Assembly (NCBI GenBank): GCA_030447865.1
Contig: JAUJOD010000004.1
Coordinates: 240,074 to 304,073 of the forward strand
From: Nocardioidaceae bacterium
GTDB taxonomy: Bacteria; Actinomycetota; Actinomycetes; Propionibacteriales; Nocardioidaceae
Reading direction: 5' to 3'
Length of the DNA: 64,000 nucleotides
In this document: positions 58,299 to 64,000 of the stretch, piece after piece
Position numbering within the stretch: the first letter of the stretch is position 1
Layout of the letters: each line of letters opens with the position of its first letter
Notes under the pieces: generated by a model
What the model was told of the DNA's origin: nothing
The model's input: the letters and a program-made list of their open reading frames with translations, nothing else
Databases searched by the model: none
Made by a program: the position numbers and the translations under genes

Positions 58299-59698
58299 AG
58301 GTCTTTCCCTTCGTCCCAGTCCGCCGCGCCGGTGAAGAGCAGACCGTCCAGGTCATCCTCGCTATCACCGTCGTCCACGTCCACCACGGCCGCCTCGCCC
58401 GGGTCCTCGCCGATGTCGACGCCCTTCGGCGGCACCCAGTTCTTATCGGTGATGCCCCGGTCGACGTCGAACTTCGCCAACGGGCCGAAGTCCAAGATCC
58501 GCTGAGGTGGCGTGTAGAACAGGTCAGGCTCGGTCTCGCCCTGCAGGAAACTGGCCCACATCAACGTTTCGCCCAGGCGGGCGGCGTTCCTTTCGATGCG
58601 CTTCATCTTCGCGAGGTTCTTATCCGCAAACGCGAACTCCTTGTACCCGTCGTCGCTGTAGAAGTAGTCGGGCAGGATCTCGCAGAACCAGTCGTCCCCC
58701 AGCCGTGAAAAGTGGGAACGCAACGCCGCGTGACGGTAGTATTGCGGCCGCGTTGGGTCATCCTTGTGCTTGTAGTAGCCCTTGAACACCAGCCGCTCAC
58801 GTCCGGTCGTGGACACGATGCGCCGCTCCGTCAGGTCCTCCGTCGGCCAAAAGTGAAGCAACTTTCGATCGTTGTTCCACCTGCAATCTGCTCGGAGGTC
58901 GTGCTGCAGCGCCGCGTTCAGCAGACGCACCGCAAGCCGCTCGCTGTCCGGGCCACCGGCCGTCAGCTCACCGAACGAGACCGGATTGCCGGCTGAGTCC
59001 GGCACCATCGCCAATGCCGTTCCCGGCGTTGGGTTCCACGCGTAGATCCGACCAGCCCAGAGCACGAAGTCCGACCGGACCTCGTGCTTAGTCTTGCGCT
59101 GTACCGCGTACACCGACTTAGGCGAGGTATGGCTCGTCCGGGCGCTGTAGACCACGTCCGGGACGTCGACCTCAAGCAGGTTAGAAATCAGCCGCTCGTT
59201 CTTCCGCTCGGCGACCCGAGTGTGCGCGACCCCGTGCGGATCAGCGATAGCGAACAGCTTCCCGGAGATGTCACCGACCAGCTCCTGGGTGGCCTTGTTG
59301 AAGTCCACACGCCGGGACGCACGGTTCGACGCGTTCTCGAACCACGGCTGGACGTGCACCCACCACGCCTTGCGCTCAGCCGGGTGCGAGCAGATGAGGA
59401 TGACCGGGATGTTCGACGACATCCAGTAGTCGACATCGGCGTCCTCGCACAGGTACCAGAACTTGTCGTCGTCCTCACCAGAGAACTTTCGGTCGCTGGC
59501 CTTGGACTGAACCAGGATGTGCCGGTTGCTCATGTGCCCGGTCGCCGGGTCGCGCAACTCGATGCTGCCGTCAATGCCCGCATCGACCCGGCGGTCATGC
59601 CAGACGTGCCCCATCTCGTAGACGAGCATGCTGATGAGTCCGATACCGCCATCGCCCTTGAGCTGGCTATCGGTTAGTTGCTTCGGCCCTCGACCCAC
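58295..59698 (-). CDS. DUF4365 (DREN / Mrr-like PD-(D/E)xK nuclease)-APAZ protein, partner of short pAgo
   Basis: 467 aa. The N-terminal ...HDRRVDAGIDGSIELRD...HILVQSKAS is a D...E.(x)..K nuclease-type motif. The remaining ~300 aa are of a size and position consistent with an APAZ domain. It sits immediately upstream of and overlapping the pAgo gene. Confidence 0.7.
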   Translation of the reverse strand: MGRGPKQLTDSQLKGDGGIGLISMLVYEMGHVWHDRRVDAGIDGSIELRDPATGHMSNRHILVQSKASDRKFSGEDDDKFWYLCEDADVDYWMSSNIPVILICSHPAERKAWWVHVQPWFENASNRASRRVDFNKATQELVGDISGKLFAIADPHGVAHTRVAERKNERLISNLLEVDVPDVVYSARTSHTSPKSVYAVQRKTKHEVRSDFVLWAGRIYAWNPTPGTALAMVPDSAGNPVSFGELTAGGPDSERLAVRLLNAALQHDLRADCRWNNDRKLLHFWPTEDLTERRIVSTTGRERLVFKGYYKHKDDPTRPQYYRHAALRSHFSRLGDDWFCEILPDYFYSDDGYKEFAFADKNLAKMKRIERNAARLGETLMWASFLQGETEPDLFYTPPQRILDFGPLAKFDVDRGITDKNWVPPKGVDIGEDPGEAAVVDVDDGDSEDDLDGLLFTGAADWDEGKDL

Positions 59699-59824
59699 AC
59701 CCTCACCTCAACGCAAACGGTTCTGCCCGGACTCAGAGCCTAAGGAGAAGGTCCGACAGTTCCGCGGACCTCGGCAGTCCGCACGCCACTTCCGCGAGTC
59801 CAAGGCACAGGCGGCTCGAGGACG

Positions 59825-60310
59825 TCAGCCCTGCGCAAGGAACTCGTCCAGGCCGAAGTCGGAGTACCTGGTCGAGAACGCCGGCCTTGCGGACGCGGCA
59901 CTACGGGCGGACTTCGCCGAGCGGGCCGACTTGGCGCTCTTCGCAGGCGAGGCCGACACAGCGAACGGTGTCCGCCCTGGCTCGAAGCCGCACCGGCGAC
60001 CAGCAAGGACGCGGGAGCGGTCTTCTAGTCGCCCAGACGCCCTGATCTGCGATATGAGCGGTGCGCCATTCCGCTGCATCCGCGCTAATGAAGCCGGCGA
60101 GCAGCTGCGCCAATGGGCGGCTTGCGCCGTTGCTGCCCTTGACCGCCCAGATTCGCTGCGGCCACGCCCCCCGAGGTGCTTGCGCATCGCGGCGTAACCA
60201 GTCTTGTCCGTGCCGAACCGACCGGTCGCCTGCACCGTCTCGCGGTGGTCGACGACCTCGATGGTTACCGACAATTTGTGGGGATCGACCCCGATGAACA
60301 CCTTCGCCAA
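59825..60310 (-). mobile_element. IS110-family transposase remnant (N-terminal DEDD domain fragment, frameshifted and truncated)
   Basis: MAKVFIGVDPHKLSVTIEVVDHRETVQATGRFGTDKTGYAAMRKHL is followed in another frame by WPQRIWAVKGSNGASRPLAQ. No C-terminal transposase domain was found. Confidence 0.7.
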
Positions 60311-60737
60311 AGCACTCGCCGCGCCCTCCGTCGTGGACCTACAGGGATCGTGAGGCGGGCATTGCTGCTAGAAGCTGGGCAGTCCCCTCTGGAGCCGCGC
60401 CCCGCCACGGCACCCGGCGGCAACGCACACCGATAGAGAGCCACACCCGCAGGCGGGGTGGGCAGCCGCGAGGAGAGCGTCCCCGCCGAGCGCCTGGACC
60501 GAGTCTGGCCCGACGCCGGTCCTAACGGAATCATCTAGTAGCCCAGAGAGACGCAGGATTGCGAGCTGCGACAGCAGCGGTCTCCCGGCCAGGTGGACCA
60601 AAATGTCGGAACGGCCGGCCACGATTGCGGTGTGCTCAGCCCGCGGGCCAACAACCCGCTTCGTGTACTGCGGCGCGCTCGATAGCGTTGCAGTGCGCTC
60701 TCGGGCCGGGAGCGACCACGACCACCCCAGGACCAAG

Positions 60738-62345
60738 ATGCGTCTCACCAGGATCAAGATTGAGAACCACAGCAGGTTGACGAACACAGCTATCACGGTG
60801 CGCGAACACCTGATTCTCGTTGGTCCCAACGACGTTGGGAAGTCCTCGGTCCTGCGTTGCCTGGACTTCCTCCTCGGCGCCAGCACCGCCCAGCTCTACA
60901 ACCGGATCACGGTCGAGGACTTCGCCGACGCGACCCAACCGCTCGTGTTCGAGGCCGCACTGGAGGACTTGAGCACGAACGACCAGGCGCTGTTCCCCGA
61001 CGAGGCGACCGTCGACCCGACTACTAGCGCGGTGACGCTCACGGTTCGCCTCACCGCCACGGTAGACGCCAACGGGACCCTCGGGATCGACCGGAGCGCC
61101 CCATACTCGGGCACCAACCGGCAGCTGTCCCGCGATCAGCTCGAAGCGCTCGGCTGGACCCTGCTGGGTGCCACGGCGATGGCCCGAGACCTGCGCGAGG
61201 ACCGGCGGAGCGCGCTGACCGAAATTCTGCAGCGCGTCGACCTGGGCACCGAGAAGGCCGGTTTCGACGCCCTGACCGAGCAGATCCAGAAGGAGTTGAA
61301 GAATTCCACCGTCATGGAGGGTCTCCGCGACGACCTCGCCGGGCAGCTGTCGAAGGCGCTGCCGATCGGGATCGGGAAGGACCAACTGGAGTTCGTCACC
61401 GCCGCGATGGCCGTCGGCGACGTTCTCGCCGACGTGCGGCTGCGCGTCGACCGTGACGGCACCGTCAAGGACATCACCGAGCAGTCCGACGGTCTCCGCG
61501 CCCTGTTCGCGCTCGCCCTGTACGACCTGGTGAGCGTTGGCGCCAACATGGTCGCGGTCGACGAGCCCGAAGTGCACCTGCACCCGACCAGTCAGCGAAG
61601 CCTCGCGCAGTTGCTGAAAAACGGCCCGAACCAAAGGCTGATCGCCACCCACTCCCCGGACATTGTCAGCGCGTTCTCCCCGGACTCGATCGTGTCCGTC
61701 CGCGCCGGCGGTGTGCTGGTGCAGCCGAGGGAAGGGTTCCTGACCGACGACGAGAAGATGGTCGTGCACTGGTGGGTGCGGGACAAGCTCGAGCCGCTGA
61801 CCGCGAACCGGGTACTGGCCGTCGAGGGCGTCTCGGACCGAATCATCGTCGAGCACGCCGCCGACCTGACCGACCGAAACCTCGACCGCCGCGGCGTCTC
61901 GATCGTGGAGACCGACGGCGCCGGCGACATGGGCGCCATCATCAAGCTGTTCGGGCCAGACGGGTTCAACGTCCCCATGACCCTGCTCATCGACGAGGAC
62001 GCCCGCAACAACACCGCCACGAAGCTCGGCGTGCCGCCGGCCGACATCGAGAAGCACGGCACGTTCGTATCCGCCCCCGATCTCGAAGCCGAGTACGTCG
62101 CGACGCTCGGGGCCGCCGCGACTTGGGTCGCGCTGCAGTCCTCGGGTCTGTTCACGCCGAATCAGCTCGCCAATTGCGCGACCAACGGCCCCGGTGGCAC
62201 GCCGAGCGAGGCAGACCTGGTCTGCTTCATCAAGCCGAAGCACAAGGTTCGCGCGGCGATGGCCGTCGCGAAGGTCCTCGACGAGCCGACCGCCCGGAAG
62301 ATCAAGAGCGTTGACAGCGTCCTGACCGAGATTTCGGGCAAGTGA
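60738..62345 (+). CDS. gajA: OLD-family ATP-dependent endonuclease (GajA-like)
   Basis: Start set at ATG 60738 (MRLTRIKIENHSRL). It has Walker A GPNDVGKSS, the segment SDGLRALFALAL...VAVDEPEVHLHP, and TOPRIM motifs (LAVEGVSDRIIVE, LLIDEDAR). Confidence 0.85.
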   Translation: MRLTRIKIENHSRLTNTAITVREHLILVGPNDVGKSSVLRCLDFLLGASTAQLYNRITVEDFADATQPLVFEAALEDLSTNDQALFPDEATVDPTTSAVTLTVRLTATVDANGTLGIDRSAPYSGTNRQLSRDQLEALGWTLLGATAMARDLREDRRSALTEILQRVDLGTEKAGFDALTEQIQKELKNSTVMEGLRDDLAGQLSKALPIGIGKDQLEFVTAAMAVGDVLADVRLRVDRDGTVKDITEQSDGLRALFALALYDLVSVGANMVAVDEPEVHLHPTSQRSLAQLLKNGPNQRLIATHSPDIVSAFSPDSIVSVRAGGVLVQPREGFLTDDEKMVVHWWVRDKLEPLTANRVLAVEGVSDRIIVEHAADLTDRNLDRRGVSIVETDGAGDMGAIIKLFGPDGFNVPMTLLIDEDARNNTATKLGVPPADIEKHGTFVSAPDLEAEYVATLGAAATWVALQSSGLFTPNQLANCATNGPGGTPSEADLVCFIKPKHKVRAAMAVAKVLDEPTARKIKSVDSVLTEISGK

Positions 62346-64000
62346 AGCAGCCGACCGCCGCGCAGGTGCAGGTCCGCGACCACGAGTCACTCGCACTGCT
62401 CCTGGTCGCGCCCGCTGGCTGTGGGAAAACCGAGACTCTCGCGATCCGGGTCGCTGGCCTTATCGAGACCGGCCGGATCACGTCACCCCAACGGATCCTG
62501 GTCACGACCTTTACCAACAGGGCGAAGGACAACCTGCGGGACCGCCTGCGGGACTACGTCACGTACGACGCGCAGCGGAAGCACGTCACCGTGATGAACT
62601 TCCACGGACTCGCCGCGCGGCTGATCCGGGCGCACGGCGCGGTCATCGGCATCGACTCCGAGATCGAGCTTCCTGAAAGCGACTGGGTGACCAACCGGTG
62701 CCTCGAACTCGGCCTGGGGGACCCCGGTCGCGACAGCCTGAACGCCCTTCTAAGCGGACTCAAGCGGCAGCCATTGGACGACGTGGCGATCGCAGCAGCG
62801 CTCGCGGAAAACGGGCACAAGTGGGCGATTCAGATCGAGGAGGAGCGCGTCGCGGCCAACCGGGCGACTTACGACGACCTGCTCCGCTACGCCGAACTCA
62901 TCCTGGCCAACGACGCAGTCGCCGGCCTGTACCGCAACCATTTCGGTGCGGTCGTCGTAGACGAGTACCAAGATCTCACCCCGCAACAGCTGCGGGTCCT
63001 GCAGCGCCTCGGGGCCGGCAACATCACATTCGCCGGCGACCTCGCTCAAGGCATCTACGGCTTCGCCGGTGCCCGGCCGAACGAGATCGACGCGACCATC
63101 CGGCCGCTGTGCGACGAGGTCATCCCGTTCAACGAGAGTCACCGGTCGTCGCCCGCGGTCCTGTCGATGGTCAACGTGATGAACGCCCTCACCGGCGGGG
63201 AGGACCTCGCCTGCGCTGATCCGGCGTCCTGGCCCGGCGGCGGCCTCGCGGGACGACTGAGGTTTCCCAACCCCGTGAACGAGGCCGACTGGGTGAGCAA
63301 GGCGGCGCGGGTCATCCTTGCCGGCGCCCCGAACCACCGGGTCGCGGTGATGTCGCGGATCAAGAGCCGACTGCGGTTCATCGACCAGCACCTCGAGGAC
63401 GCCGGCGTCGAGGTGCATCGGTGGGAAGACGGCGTGCTCGACACGGAGACAGCCACCATCGTGCGCTCGACGCTCACGCGGCTCAAACCCGCGGACCTCG
63501 CCGACAGCGACGACAAGCTGACCTTCCTGCGCGACCTCGCGGGCATGGCGCAGGTGGAGGAGCCCGACACCCGCAAGAGCCTCGCCGACGCGCTCAACTG
63601 GGTCCTCGAGCGGCTCGGCGACGGGCTGAGCCCGGATGAGGTCGCTAGTCGGATCCGAGTCGGCGACCAGACGACGCTGCTCAACGCTGCGGGCATCCAC
63701 CTGCTCAGCGGTCACGTGGGCAAAGGCCAGCAGTTCGACTGGGTCTTCATCCTCGGAGCCGAAGACGACAACATCCCGTTCTTCCGCGCGACGAGCCCGG
63801 CGGAGGTCGAAGAAGAAGCCCGCATCCTCGGTGTGATGCTTTCGCGCGCACGACACGGTGTCGTGGCGACCCACAGCGAGGTCGTACCCACGGTGAGCGG
63901 CAACAAGAGAAACCGCGATCGCTCCCGATTCTGGCCCTACCTCGATGCGGCGAACCCCCTCGACCGGGAGGAAATCGTCGAGTGGGTCAAGTCAGCGCCC
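62342..64000 (+). CDS. gajB: UvrD/Rep-like SF1 helicase (GajB-like), 3' end beyond the window
   Basis: GTG 62342 overlaps the gajA stop (GTGA). Own translation gives VKQPTAAQ...LLLVAPAGCGKTETL...VVVDEYQDLTPQQ...FAGDLAQGIYGFAG...SGHVGKGQQFDWVFI. The frame stays open to position 64000. It is not in the ORF track because there is no stop in the window. Confidence 0.85.
   Translation, partial: MKQPTAAQVQVRDHESLALLLVAPAGCGKTETLAIRVAGLIETGRITSPQRILVTTFTNRAKDNLRDRLRDYVTYDAQRKHVTVMNFHGLAARLIRAHGAVIGIDSEIELPESDWVTNRCLELGLGDPGRDSLNALLSGLKRQPLDDVAIAAALAENGHKWAIQIEEERVAANRATYDDLLRYAELILANDAVAGLYRNHFGAVVVDEYQDLTPQQLRVLQRLGAGNITFAGDLAQGIYGFAGARPNEIDATIRPLCDEVIPFNESHRSSPAVLSMVNVMNALTGGEDLACADPASWPGGGLAGRLRFPNPVNEADWVSKAARVILAGAPNHRVAVMSRIKSRLRFIDQHLEDAGVEVHRWEDGVLDTETATIVRSTLTRLKPADLADSDDKLTFLRDLAGMAQVEEPDTRKSLADALNWVLERLGDGLSPDEVASRIRVGDQTTLLNAAGIHLLSGHVGKGQQFDWVFILGAEDDNIPFFRATSPAEVEEEARILGVMLSRARHGVVATHSEVVPTVSGNKRNRDRSRFWPYLDAANPLDREEIVEWVKSAP

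Noticed and set aside
59825-59960. SAKSARSAKSARSAASAR repeat at the C-terminus of track ORF 59825-60310
   Set aside because: It arises from reading out of frame past the decayed IS110 fragment. It is low-complexity translation of GC-rich DNA, not a genuine repeat protein.

Overview
This is a high-GC actinobacterial chromosome segment; taxonomy below phylum is not resolvable from sequence alone. Three regions stand out.

(1) 1-37.9 kb is a conserved housekeeping backbone, almost entirely on the minus strand. It carries alaS (partial), rarA, a five-gene peptide ABC importer, aspS, hisS, an MBL hydrolase, DUF349, relA, apt, secDF, ruvCAB, yebC, pdxS/pdxT, pimA-patA-pgsA, a frameshifted EF-G2-like gene, HIT and thrS. 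A MarR / FMN-reductase / MFS module sits between secD and ruvB.

(2) 38-45.6 kb is accessory and lineage-specific. It holds a CHRD-like secreted protein with a class F sortase, a Ser/Thr kinase remnant, an extremely acidic repeat protein followed by a histidine kinase and OmpR-type regulator, an AT-richer stretch with no convincing gene, a tRNA-Val(CAC) carrying an internal 31-bp tandem duplication, and ssgB-like, CGNR zinc-finger and SRPBCC genes.

(3) A tRNA-Gly/Cys/Val cluster (45.7-46.0 kb) is followed by decayed integrative-element remnants and then a defence island running to the window end. The island contains a Type I R-M locus ordered hsdR-hsdS-[three inserted genes]-hsdM, a short prokaryotic Argonaute operon (DUF4365/DREN-APAZ plus short pAgo, SPARDA-like), an IS110 transposase remnant, and a Gabija-like pair (OLD-family GajA plus a UvrD-like helicase, truncated by the window).

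The best candidate for something undescribed is the cassette inside the Type I R-M operon. Its core is a 285-aa orphan protein translationally coupled to a PIN-domain nuclease.

Other notable signals:
- a structured ~80-91-nt intergenic repeat family (three copies) with compensatory stem changes
- three apparent frameshifts (MFS, EF-G2, GIY-YIG/DUF4357)
- a triple palindromic operator in the MarR divergent region
- stem-loops bracketing the ABC substrate-binding-protein cistron

No CRISPR array and no rRNA were seen.
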